A DNA stretch of 63,375 bases, the filler included, from Craspedostauros australis (lineage: Eukaryota): assembly GCA_030167865.1 (NCBI GenBank). It is 5 parts of 5 records of this genome, joined end to end, with 100 filler letters (N's around TTAATTAATTAA, not from the genome) between each part and the next. Parts side by side here need not be neighbours in the genome. Positions count along the whole stretch, not along the records: positions 1 to 29,992 come from JALAGF010005837.1; 4 more parts are not named here. The stretch is one strand, 5' to 3'. Below are positions 10,433 to 23,590 of this stretch, one piece after another. The notes under the pieces are model-generated. The model searched no databases, had not been told where the DNA came from, and worked only from the letters and a program-made list of their open reading frames with translations. Both the position numbers and the translations under genes were made by a program. Position 1 is the stretch's first letter, and each line of letters begins with the position of its first letter.

Positions 10433-13400
10433 GCTGTGATGGTTGACGGTGGTTGGCAGTTGACGTGGATGGCGGCAGTTGATGCCGATCGGAGAATGAT
10501 GGAACTTGGCGTTCAGCTGTCGTCACTTCGACGCGCACTGTTGTTGGGATGTGGGAGTACGACTGAAAGATCAGAGATACAACACGGTTGGCTGGACTGG
10601 AATGGAATGGAGATGATGAAGTTGAGCGATGGAACCTCGGCGTTGGCCCTTCTCTTGGCTTCGATGTTGATGTTGTTGATGTGATGTTGATGTCGATGTT
10701 GTTGATGTGATGTTGATGTTGAGGTTGTTGCTCTGTGATGCTGCAGTGATGATCGGTTGCTCGTCGCCGCAATTCGTCGATGCGGATTCTGTCGATGTTG
10801 TGCGTGTGGTCATTTTGTGATTTCTTGTGACTGGATTCGTTGAGTCGTCCGAATCAATTGTTGATTTCAGCTCCGTCTCCATTCTACACTCTTCATTTGT
10901 AGACTTTGATGATAACGGTTTTGGTGTCAGTGAAAATTGATCGTGATTTGGTGAAACAGAAAATGGTCCGTTTCTGTTTCAAGCGACTGAGTCGAAGCTT
11001 GGTCGTGATTCGACGAGGCGAAACAAGGTTTCTTCGCCATTCATCAGACATGATTTCTGCTTGTTTAGGGATTGAATGGTGGTCGCGATACTCCAACTCC
11101 GTCTTTGTCCGTGTCTTTGATGACCAGCCAAGAAACTGATTATGCCGTAAAACGTGTTAAGACACCCCAAAGAGAGTTCTCGGAAGTCATTGGGCATCTG
11201 TTAGGTACGACTACTTGTACAACAGACTATTTGTGTGCCATCGTGTGTCCGTGTCCGTAGCAGAAGAAATTGAGCGGATGAGAAACAAAGCGCACGACGA
11301 GTGAGGAAAAACGCCCATGACAAACACAACAATCCAACGCATCACGATGGCAAGATGTCAAAAACAGAATGGCGCGAGGCGGAGCGTCCGTGGCAACACA
11401 ACCCAAAACCACAGCAAGAACGTAAACTCGTCTCTGAGTTGGCTGGTTGATCGTTTGGCTGGTTGCGTTCGTTTGGTTTGGTTCGTTGGTACATGCGTTG
11501 GATGGATGAAACAGTGTCATTGATCCTTGTTGGAAGGTAAGCGGCGTACGGATCCGTACCAAAACAATACTATTCGTACCTCGTGGACGGCTTCGTTGCG
11601 TGTTACGCTTCTGTCTGTCTTCGCCCCTCTCTCTTCTTGCTGTTGATCTCTGAGACGTGGAATGGGTCGTAGCGTTGATCGGCGAATGGAGAGGGTGGTG
11701 TTGTCAACTTTTGGCACGGGAACCGCGGTAAATACGTCATCGGCGTCGTTTTCCGATGGGACTGCCTTAGTAGTCCATTTAGTCCGTGTGCTTGGCATCA
11801 CAACACGCAAAGGTACTACTGTAGACGTGTGATCGACGTGCCGTGGGCGAGGCTATGAACACTAGGAGCTACTTCTGTTGCCATTGATTGCCCAGTGCAG
11901 GACAGCTTGACGGGGCTTAGCCAGCGTCTGCACCATCAATTTTTGGCTGGGTGTCTTTGGACATGTTGCCACCATCGGTGTCGAGGCCAATCGCCCAGGT
12001 ACGCGCTTTCTGGGCTTGATCTTCGTTGTGCAGTCTTGCTTCAACAGCGGAAACAGTGAGCGCAACCACGAACGCAGGAAGAGGGCAACGCCTCGCGAGT
12101 AGCCTGTGGTACAGGAAGCACGTCTGTCCTGATCAGAATAGCCTGCGAGTGCGAGCAGGCACATCCCGCTTGCCGAATGTGACATGACATGTTACGTTTG
12201 CAAACTGAGGCAAGGGCGATAGGAAGAGAAGGTGGATGGAGTTGCGTGAACTTCGAAGCGGTATTCGCCAGTACGATGATTGATGTACGGGGCGGCTTGG
12301 CTGTCCAAATGTCCGAAAGCGATTTCTTCATCTTGATGAAAACGAGTGTTTTGTCCCACAGCAACAGGAGATGGCGGAACAACTATGCCTTCTGTGACGT
12401 CACAAAACATGAGGAGTGGTCATGGGAGACCGCACCACGATCCATACGATTAATTGTTTGATTGCGCAGATAACACGCGAGGTTAATGGCGTAACATGAC
12501 TCGAAATGACGCAGTGAGTGTCCACCTGGGCGAACGATGATGCAGATGCATCAGCCTTCACGTCGCTTTCGCAGTCACTGATGTGGGAGCAGGTCATTCC
12601 CGCACGTCTCCCGATCAGTTGTCATCTCGAGTCTGACTCACACGAATGGGGAGAAGTTCTCTTTTCGCTCAGCCTGGTTGGGGAAACGTTGGCACATCAT
12701 CTGGACCGAACAAGCACAGGAGGCTGCCAGCAATCGTTGTCCACAGAAGCATTGGGCCGCGGCTATGCGCCATGCGAGACAAGTTGAACTCGTGATCATT
12801 AATTATCAGGCATGATTGCGTCAACTTCTTGTTTGTGGTGCGCAATGTGAGCGACATGTCGGAAACGAGGGGCTCTCTTCCCTCACGCAGAACAGTTCAC
12901 CTCGGCATGGCCCCTCTCCCAGGATCACTTGTTTCGTTTTGGGTGTTCGAAGAGATGCGCAGAGTGCAATGGTTGTGTTCGAAGTACTGCTTCGCAAGAG
13001 ACACCAAGTCACTGCTTTCGCTCCTGCCAGTTTTCCTATCCGAGACACATGGCTTTGAGACACCAAGGTAGACATGCGATAGCACGTGTATGCAACCACA
13101 CAGATTGCGAGATAGATTGGCAACATGTTCATTTGCGCTCATTGAAATCGTTGCAAGACGGGAAGCGTTGAGCTTACACTTCTGATATCTGTACATGCAT
13201 GTTCATGTCTGACTATTCAAACAACGCTAGCCTATCCCGAACGTGGATTGGCCTGGCCGATGATGCACGTTTGATGGTCCTCGAATTGAGGGGTACCCGG
13301 TAGCAGACATCTTCGTGGTTGTTCTTCCGCTGGCGAGGTTGACCGCTGCATGATCGTGACGATCGGACGCGGTGTGGAGTGATACGACAGTCTATTATAG

Positions 13401-13867
13401 GTTATCCGCATCCCCCAGGCTGTGTTTGTCGGTTGAGTCGTTGAGAGCCATGCTCAGTACCTGGGAATGATAGCGCGTTCTTCGTCTCGGATTCCAGCGA
13501 ACACGAGCGCTTTCGGCACATGTGAGTATCATGATACTATGCCCCAACACACATGGGGAGCGGTGAAACTACAGTGACCGACGTGGCGAACGCACCCGCA
13601 CGTCGAAGAGGCAGGGGCAATACATGGGGGAGAACACGCTCCAATGTCCAAGCCCCGTCGAATCGGTGTTCTTCCGGAGTTTCGCACTCGCGAACGCGCA
13701 TTGGCACTCGCGTAACCGTCACTGAGTATGTGAAGTGAAATGCGTTGGTAGCGACATGGTCACGACACAGGATAGACGTGGGATCCCTATGAACACGCCT
13801 TGGACACGACATGGACGTGCGACAAACACGACATGGACATGCGACAGACACGACAGAGGACCGGATC

Positions 13868-13916
13868 GACGAGCAAGGGGACGCGCAAGTGACGAGCAAG
13901 GGGACGCGCAAGTGAC
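13868..13916. repeat. 23-bp tandem duplication (gacgagcaaggggacgcgcaagt x2) in a decayed repeat-like region
   Basis: Exact copies at 13868-13890 and 13891-13913; neighbouring gacacgac/cacgacgtg reiterations. Confidence 0.85.
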
Positions 13917-16900
13917 AACCAAATTTCTCGCAATTACCGCGGTTTTGTCGGTGCGACATGTCGCGAAAGCAGACCATACTACGATGTCTAATCTAGTTGT
14001 ATTTTAAAGGGCGGCAGAGTGCACTTTTCAAAAATAGAATGCATGAATGTAAGCGCACTATCAATATCATGCTAGCACACGTATTTGATCTTGATTGCAA
14101 CATCATTCTGAAACACAGTTGACAACAGAGTTTTGCATCGCAGCGTCNNNNNNNNNNNNNNNNNNNNNNNNNNNNNNNNNNNNNNNNNNNNNNNNNNNNN
14201 NNNNNNNNNNNNNNNNNNNNNNNNNNNNNNNNNNNNNNNNNNNNNNNNNNNNNNNNNNNNNNNNNNNNNNNNNNNNNNNNCATGAGCACGACGTGAGCAC
14301 GACGTGAACGCGACGTAGACGTGCCTTCGATGTGACATTGGTGCAATGGATGCACGACTTGGACACGACCCTGTCACGACTTGGACACGACATAGGTACG
14401 ACTTCGCACACTGGGCTGTACAAGGGGCGTTGCGAATGACAGTGACGCTCAACGCACGCGTGCGGAGAAACTAGTGTCCGTTCCGTTGGTCGGCCTGTTT
14501 CGACCCGATAAATAGGCGCCTGTGCTATCCGCAGGAAATACCCCGAGCACTGAACATCGTGACACAAAGAGCTGCAGGGGCATACATGTTGATCGTGCTT
14601 CGCTTCCATCGTTGGGTGTGTGGGGCTCGTGCGAACATCGTTCACATGTTGTGGAACCGCCTTTCGCGTGCTTGCTTCGTGAGGAGGTGCGCATCCAGGG
14701 AAACGTGTTCTCGCCACGCGCGGTACTACATTTTCGCATGGAGGAAACTGTTACCGTTATCGTCTGGATGTGTTCTACCGCGACTCCTCGCAGACGGACG
14801 CGCGTAATGACATCAGCAATCAACATTGCAGTGAATCACATGAACAGCGGAGAGTGAAGGTCGTGTTGCATGTGCTGTCCGACACCCAATTGCAACGCAC
14901 ACAGTCGCATCTGTTCTCTCCCACTACTCTGCGCAACCAATCATGACCAATTTTGTCACGGTGAACACAGCGGGCGTGCGCATCACTGAACCAAGACAAT
15001 TCTGCTCATCTCGTGTGCGTTGCAATGTTCGTGTTGCAGTTCCAACCACGGGGGATGATCGTGGCAGCCAGCTCGTTGCGGTGTGGTCTTTGGGGCGATT
15101 TCTCCGTCTTTCGCCAGTGACTGGAACCGAAGTGAGTGCGTCACGAAGTCGGATGCGCTGATGCTGGGCACTGTGGGGCGCCTTGTGTCTTTGCGCCAGC
15201 TTACTGTGCGGATGGAATCCTCCACCGCTGCCTCCAACTGACAACAGGCGAATCAAGCACTGTTAACGCACGCACCTGAAGCGCATTCAACACAGTAGCA
15301 ACACTGACTCGAATTGAACTCTGTGATGGCTTGCCCTCGTTTGATGTTGTTCCTGTGATGCAAGAGGCATGCGACGGGTAGGCTGCCCAAACAGATGCAC
15401 AGAACATTCGATAACCAGCCCATCTCTTGCACTAGTAACAAATAGCTCAACTGTCAAAACCACGAAACATGATGATCATCGATAGCTTCCTGTGTCTGTT
15501 GAGTCAGCGCGTGGTTGGTGTCCTGGTTTGAAAAGAGCAAGCAAACAATTGCACTGATGGGGCAATCGGGAAAGTGCCACGTTCCGTTGTTGGACGTTGC
15601 AAATACTATTTTCTGAGTTTGCATCTCGGACGCACTCGACAAGCATCGTGAGGAACGCAAAGCGAATTTCGTGCCCTCGTGGCAACACCCCCAAGGAAGA
15701 AGACCGCCAGACACCCACGCTTGCTGAAGAGAGTCCCACTTTGTCATACGAATAACTCAGAGAATCACCAACGAGCACCTGAGCCGCACAGCCAAACAAA
15801 CGTTGGACGGGGGCGGGCTCACCACCTTCGACAACGGACACGAGCACGACAGTGATCACCCAATAACGTAGTGCGCATTAATACAGGAACGTGGAGGAAT
15901 GGCGCTGCTCCCGGCGCAGAGCGCGACGGTTGATGACACGAAGTTCAGTAGGCTGGTAGGACAACGGACAGCTAGTAGTTGGAGGAGCGCTCTGCGGCAT
16001 CCAGCGACGGTGCGAAAAGGAACCGCTTGCACAAGTGAGGAGGTTGCCTGAGCGAGGAGAGGCGAACACGAATGATGATTGCAAATCAGCCACTTCTTTC
16101 CAAAGAGGGAAAGCAAATGTGTGACTGCGTCGATGCTGCGTCGTGTCGTGTCGTGGGTCTGGGATGGGGATGTGTTGGCACAGACACAACAGGGTGGACG
16201 AGAAAAGGGGAACATCATTGGCATGTGCGAACAGTGTGCGGCATCGCAACCACGAACGCAAATCAGCGCGACGTCCTGTCGACACGGGAAAGGCGTGCTC
16301 TAGTAGTCCCAGGAGCGCATGACTCGACAGACCCAAAAACCGCACAACACGCCCCAAGCGTGAACAAAGCAAAAATCGACGCAAAAAGAGACTTTACCGC
16401 GCTTCCCACGAACAATTGCCACATCGCAGCGACTGGAACTTTCGGCGGCGTCTCTTTGCGTTCCACATTCGTGTGTACGGCACCTCGCCTCGCGCCAACG
16501 GCAGCATCCATCTCCAAATCTAACGCGGTGGCATCATTCGTGTGTGGCATTCTCCTCCACTGCGCTCTTCTCGCGCCGTCTCCATCCACATTTTGTTGGT
16601 GCGGTTCCTTCCGTTTCCACTCCACAGAACGCATCAAAGGAGCACAAAAGGCAGCCGCAAGCAGACGATCAGCAACATCGGCGGCAACATTAACAGCAAC
16701 ACTGTGCATAGCGGCAGCACGAATCGCTTTGTGCAGGAGCCAAATCCTCTGCTTCGTATAGTCGTGCCAAACTCTGGCGAGCACAACAGCAACACTTTGG
16801 CGCGCAAAGAGAGAGACGGGCGAAAGCGTTGAGCGACTCGTTCATTCATTGATTGTTGGTTGGGATCGTCTCAATCATCTCCCACCACCCTTGGGCGTAT

Positions 16901-17020
16901 CGCGACACAAACGCAAATACTCCGTTGCACATGCAAGCACAATTGGATGCTGCGGAGCAATACCTTCCGTTGGATGGTCATAAATTGAACCACTCGCAAC
17001 AGACGCATCAACCGTCCATC

Positions 17021-20000
17021 ATGGCAAACACATCACATCATATCCGTACTACGAGTGGTGCTGCCACCAGCAGGGCGAGGCGAGCAACCCTGAGGCCATC
17101 ACCATGGACGATGATCCTCCTGTGGATGAGCATCATGAGCATCGCAATCGACCTCGGCATGCCATCATCAACGACCACAGTGTTCTGCCATGCATCCACT
17201 CCATCCGCGGCGATGAATGCAGCAGCAGATGAAGCCACGATGCATCACGCAGAGACGCCCAACATCCGAGGCGGTTTGCGTGCGCCACTGGACATCATCG
17301 ACACGCACTTGCTGGATTCGCGACTGTGCCGTCACACGACCGCAGAACATTGCGCGATGGTCGATCATCGATTCACGCTGCAGGCGCAGAACAATCAGCG
17401 ATGGATTCAGCACCAAATGGAGCAGCTGCACGAACGGCAACGGCAACGCAAGCTGCAGCGAAATCCGGATAACGGTGGTCCTGGCAATGGTGATGGCAAC
17501 GGTCCAGGCAATGGCAACGGGCCGGGCAACGGAAACGGTGACAGCGACGAAGACGGCGACGAAGGCAACGATGACGTTGTGGAGCTTAACGTTCTCGTGC
17601 TGCTCGTGAGATGGAAGGACCATGAGGGCCGAACCGTCATCAACCGCGACGTCATCGACGAGCTGTTCAATGCACCTGTGGGTGAAAAGGACACCAGCAG
17701 CTTCCCAACAGGCAGCATCCAGGGATACTTCATGGAGAATTCATACAACAAGTTCAAGGTCAAGGCCACCGTCTTGGATTGGGAAACCACGCAGAATGAC
17801 GAAGCCTACTACGCCAACGGACAGTCGGGATTGCTGCAGCCGTTCGCCACAGGCCCGGATGTCTCCGAGGCCATCCTGCCGATCCTCGATCAGATGGAGG
17901 CCGACGATTTCGATTTCACCATCTTCGATGCCGACAGCGACGGCGCCATCGACGCGACCGTCCTGATGCATTCGGGATACTCGGCCGAACGCGGCGGCGC
18001 CGATTGCGACACGGGCAACGAATATCTCGATCGCATCGAATCCAGCACGCGCGCCTTCGATCCCAACCTGTGGCTGTCGGTCAAGAGCCAGGTTAGCCTG
18101 GGTCCCTTCGTCGTCAGCTCTGCCTTCCGCGGTACGTGCGGCGACAAGATCGCGCGGCTCGGCGTCACGGCGCATGAATTGACGCGCGCGATGGGCATTC
18201 CCGATCTGCTCGACAATCAAGGATACCCGCCGGGCACAGTCATCGACGGCGTAGAAAGCCGATCGGTGGGCGGTATCAGCGGATACGATATCATGGCCAA
18301 TCCAGGCGGACAGTCGGGGCGGCAAGCGTGAGTGTTTGTGTTGTGTACCGTTGTTGTTATTTGGTTGCATTGAATTGAATTGAATTGAATTCCATTGGGG
18401 CTTGTTTTTCATTTCATGCAACAACCAACAGGCAGACTGACACAACTCTAGCATGCCAACCTCACCATCTCCGTTTCGCTCCATCTCCAACTCCGTAGTT
18501 ACCCAGGTTTCATGTCGGCATGGACCAAGCTCAAGCTGGGATTTATCCAACCCATCGAGATTGACGACGACGGGACATTCACCGCGCGGGCAGCTGAGAC
18601 GCATCCAGACATCTACATGATCTCCAAGCCCTACACGGACGCAGAGTACCTGCTCATTGAGAATCGACAGCCGCTGTCGTTCGACAACTTCATGTACGCA
18701 CCTGGTGGCATCCTGATCTATCACATTGATGACAACGCCAACGCAGCGCTGGGGAAGTTCAAGGAGGGCAACCTCCACCGCGGGTATCCCGGATTGGAGG
18801 GATGGCCCGGCAACTTCGCGCACTACCAAGTGGCGTTGCTGCAGGCGGACGGCGCGTACGAGCAGGAGAAGGGACACAACAACGGCCACGCAGCCGATTT
18901 TTGGACGCCAGGCAAGTCCTTGGCGCCCAACCCAGTGCAGGAGGAGGTGGCATCGGCAGCCGGTGTGTATCCCAACACGGACGGGTACAGCGCGCTGTCC
19001 GGTATCGTCAGCACCGGTCTCACGATCGAGAACTTCCAATCGACGTCGAATGGGGTGTGGAGCTTTGACGTGATCGGGCTGATGGACACCGATGCACCCA
19101 CACATCAACCCACAACTTCACCAACGAGTGGACCAACGGGTGGACCGACGCAACTCCCAACGCAAGCACCGACGCTATCGCCCACGGAAACACCCACTGT
19201 GACGCCAACGCAAAATCCAACGGCAGCAATTGTCACCGAGTCTCCGTCAGTTACGCCAACCACCGATTCACCGTCTATATTACCATCAGGAGTGCCGACG
19301 AAAGATCCCCAATCGCAAAGCCCAACGGTAGCTCCAACGGAGGCCACGGCCATGCCAACATCAGCGCCGACAGCACCAGTTGGCAGCACAGATGCTCCCA
19401 CGAGCATGTCGGCGACCGATGCACCGACCACAGCTCCATCGACAGTTCCATCGCAGGGTCCAACGCCGGCGCTCTCCGACGTGCCGAGTCATTCACCGAC
19501 GATCGATGCGGCAACGTCATCGCCAACAACGGTCTCGGAGGAAGCTGGGGGCTCGAATGCACCAAGTGCGATTCCCACGGACGCGTCACAGTCGCCAACC
19601 ACGCAGCCGACAATTCCGAACATCTTCGATCACGGAGATGGTTCTAAGAACAGCACATCGAGTTCGTACCCATCGGGCGCACCGACGTCGATGGAGGAGA
19701 TGTCAGCAGAGCCGACTCCAATGGCATCGGAACGGGACCTGAACATCACCTTTCCTCCGAACGGTATGGATAACACAACCAGCTCCGCCCCAACGATGAT
19801 GCCCAACATTTTCACTCCAGGCACGTCCAGTCCAACCGGGGGCGAGAACGTTACGACAGGTTGCTGCTCTCTGAACCATCGCGACTGCGACGCCATCAGC
19901 TGCGGCACAACAGAACAGGAATGCGAGGCATGCTCCGATCCATTCTCCGTCTGGTTGGCCGACGGCGAGCTGGCCTCCGATTTCTGCATTGCCCGATTCG

Positions 20001-20434
20001 AGGATTGCAGCACCGATGCCACGGGATGCTGCGGTGACAACGCGATGGGGTGCTTCATGCGACCATCGGGAAAGAGCCTGTGCCTGTTCCCGTTGGATCT
20101 GGCAGTCACCGCCGCTCCGGTCGAACCCTCCATGGACCCGACCAGCATGCCAAGTCCGATGCCGTCGGAGACACCATCTGGCCAGCCGACGGAGACTCAA
20201 ACCAGCGCGCCCACGCAGCAGCCAACCGTGGCCTCCAGTGCGCTACCGACTGCGGCGAATGTCACGGAAGTGCAGACGTCCAGTGATCCAAGCGACAGTG
20301 GCACCAATGGCGACACCGATGGTGACAACAACGACGACAACAACGACGATAGCGGTGGCGGGCATCGCTTGGGATTCGTCTCTGTTGTTACGTCGGCCGT
20401 TGCAACCGTTGGGATTTGTGTTTATTTGATGTAA
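17021..20434 (+). CDS. Secreted/surface M6 (immune inhibitor A-like) metallopeptidase homologue with Pro/Thr/Ser stalk, Cys-rich module and hydrophobic C-terminus; exons 17021-18327 and 18499-20434 (about 1080 aa)
   Basis: Intron GTGAGT(18328)...CGTAG(18498) restores the frame GGQSGRQA|YPGFMSAWTKLKLG. M6 motifs VLLVRW, GSIQGYFMENSY, FDADSDGAID..HSG, HELTRAMGIPDL, DIMAN, EYLLIENRQ, GILIYHIDD and LLQADG. Start codon uncertain (17021 or 17111). Confidence 0.85.
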
Positions 20435-21329
20435 GAGTGGATGTGAACACGACGATGACGATGACGATGACGATGATCAGAATGCTGATCGAGAAACATC
20501 AGCAAAGCACAGGGCAACGCTGGACTAACAGCGGTTGCTGTCTCGTCTCATCGCAACGAAGGGGAGAGTGAAGGAAGGTCGAGCACAAGCAAGTTACAAA
20601 TGTATTATATTATAGTAGTATGTAAGACGAAGGAATGAGGGAAGTAGTTCCTCATGGTAGCATGGTATCTGTCCATTGCTCTCTCTCTCTCTCTCTCTGG
20701 CATAGTGTACATGCCAAGCACTTGCGAAGCAAGGCATTGCAGGTCTCGATTGCGAGTAATTCAGTCTGTTCTGTTCTATCCTTGTAACTCAGTCTACTCT
20801 ACAACCCTTTATGGTTTCCAGAATCAAAGGAAACCGAAAAAGAGACGAAAACGAAGCAGAAAAAACAATCCGTGTTACCGGACTGACCGAATCTCTGATG
20901 AGTATATTCAGTTAGTCTGTTGAGTCGCTAGGATTACCCTATCTCGAACGTTGATTGGTGGATAGGGTTGCACCAATCAGCTGGTTTTGCGGTTTCCCAA
21001 ACGAGACAAGGCACGAAGATCTTGGAGGGCAACAGATGTCCGACCATGACGACACTAGTTTGCTGCCGTTGATTTTGCGAAATCCAAGAGCAACCAAACA
21101 AGACACGCGTCTTCCGTTTGCAACGCATCGCGTCGCCTAACACAACCTCACCATCGGCACATCTTCATCCTTCACTTCATTGATACGTTTGGGCTCATTG
21201 GATTGCTGCCTATTCGACAGAACAGCGACGATTGCAATTGAATAGTCGCATACGTTGACATATCAGTGTTTTACCAACAACCTAGTCGTAACAATACTCC
21301 AACAGAAGACCCATTGAGCCGTAATCACC

Positions 21330-23590
21330 ATGAAGACCATCAGCTTGGCCGCATCCGCGGTGGTTCTTGCCAGCTGCATGACGAGCGCATCGGTGGCATT
21401 TGCATTCCAATCGGCAGCACCTTCGCTCTCCAACACCCATGCTTTCAGGTGAGTCCATCGTTCGGTTCGATTGTGTTGCCTTGTGGCTACAAGTACTTGC
21501 ATCGTTGTGTTCTAGTGGCAGACCATCGTCCGTCCAACAAAGATGAGGTGTTGTGCAGTAGCATGCCCATGTCAGACTTCTTGAGAACCTCCCATTCCCT
21601 CATCTTTTTCACCATTATCATCACTACAATTGCACCCATGATTGCAACTATGATTGAAACTATTCTAATATGATTACTAATCTTTCGAAAACTCTGCCAT
21701 GCCACGTTCATGCATTGCACTACATTATATAATATAATATTATACAACAGCAGACAGAATGAAGCATTCTCTGGAGCACGCATGTTCTCTGCGCCAACGA
21801 TGCCAACGATGCCAACGATGCCAACCACCGCGCTGAACCTCTCCATCGCGAAGAACCTTCCCTTCCTTGCCTCCAACAATGATGACGGCGACAACAAGAA
21901 GACCACCATCAACAAGAAGAACGTCGCCAAATCGCTGATCAAGTCCACCGCCATGGCGCTCGTCACGTTGACCTTCTTCACGTCGACACCCGCCTTCGCC
22001 GCCGCCGCCAAGCAAGCCGAGGAGACCGTCGAACATTTGCACACGGGACAGAAGATCGCCAACTTCTTCATGAACTTCGGACTGCCGAAGTGGGCCGTGC
22101 TGGCCACCATCTCCGCCATGCCGGTCGTGGAGCTGCGCGGCGCCATCCCCGTGGGTATCTGGCTGGGCATGCCCATCATGAAGGTCCTTCCCATCTGCGT
22201 CCTGGGCAACATGGCGCCCATCATCCCGCTGCTCTTCCTGTTGCGCAATGACAGACTCAAGCAGCTCATGTCGCCCATCCTCAAGCGCGCCGAGAAGAAG
22301 GCGTCGGGTTTGGGCGTCGGATCGGTCGAGAAGCAGTGGGCCTCGTTGGCGGCCTTCGTCGGTATTCCGCTGCCAGGAACAGGCGCGTGGACGGGTGCCA
22401 TGGGCGCCTTCCTGCTGGGCATGCCCACCGCGCTGGCCATCTCCAGTATCTTGACTGGCGTCATCTCGGCTGGTTGCATCATGTCCGCCATCACGTTGGC
22501 GGGACGCAAGGGTGGTATCGCGGCGCTTGCGGTACTGCTGGCCGTCACCGGTAAGGAACTTCTGTCCGGCAGCAGCGAAAGTGAGGAGGTTGCTTCCACT
22601 GATGCCGACGATAGTGTTGCGGCCGAAGCGGCACCAGCTCCAGTTGCGGCGGCAGCGCCGAAGCAGGATTTCCTGGAGGCCGAGCCGTACTATGACCAGT
22701 CCGCCGTCCCGGTCAACGTCTACAAGAACAAGTCGCCATTCACTGGAAAGGTCGTCTCGACGAAGCGCATCGTCGGACCGAAGGCCACCGGGGAGACCTG
22801 CCACATCGTCATCGATCACAACGGCGACTTCCCGTACTGGGAGGGACAGTCCTGGGGTGTCATCCCGCCTGGAACCCGCGAGAAGGACGGCAAGCCACAT
22901 AACGTGCGTCTCTACTCCATCGCCTCCACCCGTTACGGTGACGACATGACCGGAAAGACGGGATCCCTGTGCGTGCGCCGTGCCACGTACTGGTGCCCCG
23001 AGCTCCAGGCCGACGATCCAGCTAAGAAGGGCATCTGCTCCAACTTCCTGTGCGACACGCAGCCAGGTGACGAGGTCAAGATGACGGGACCAGCCGGAAA
23101 GGTCATGCTGATGCCGGAGCAGGACCCAACCACCGATTACATCATGGTCGCCACCGGAACCGGAATCGCACCATACCGCGGATTCATCCGCCGTCTCTTC
23201 ACCGAGGACACGCCAGCCGGCAACGCCTACAAGGGCGAGGCCTGGTTGTTCCTGGGGGTTGCCAACAGCGACGCCCTCCTTTACGATGACGAGTGGCAGG
23301 AGGCGAAGAAGAACTATCCCAACAACTTTCGATTGGATTACGCTTTGTCGCGTGAGCAGACGAACAAGTCCGGCGGCAAGATGTACATCCAGGACAAGGT
23401 GGAGGAGTACGCCGACGAGATCTTCACCAAGCTGGAGAACGGTGCCCACATTTACTTTTGCGGATTGAAGGGCATGATGCCCGGCATCCAGGACATGCTG
23501 AAGGGAGTCGCCGAGAAGAAGGGACTCGAGTACACGGACTGGCTCAAGGGCCTCAAGGCCAAGAAGCAATGGCATGTCGAGGTGTACTAA
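21330..23590 (+). CDS. petH: Plastid-targeted fusion of a putative small multi-drug export family membrane domain (PF06695/COG2426) and ferredoxin-NADP+ reductase; exons 21330-21448 and 21751-23590 (about 652 aa)
   Basis: Exon 1 [27 protein letters not shown] is a signal peptide with an ASAFAP-like cleavage motif. Intron GTGAGT(21449)...AACAG(21750) is in phase. PF06695 signatures [16 protein letters not shown] and [17 protein letters not shown] motifs [39 protein letters not shown] and terminal WHVEVY. Confidence 0.92.

Noticed and set aside
11517..13200. Short minus-strand ORFs that might be a decayed gene
   Set aside because: No recognisable motif or consistent frame/splice model.
15400..16850. 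Overlapping 120-230 aa ORFs on both strands
   Set aside because: No domain signal; long ORFs are expected by chance in TpA-poor sequence.
17741..19108. 455-aa minus-strand ORF
   Set aside because: Antisense shadow of the M6-like gene, running through its intron.
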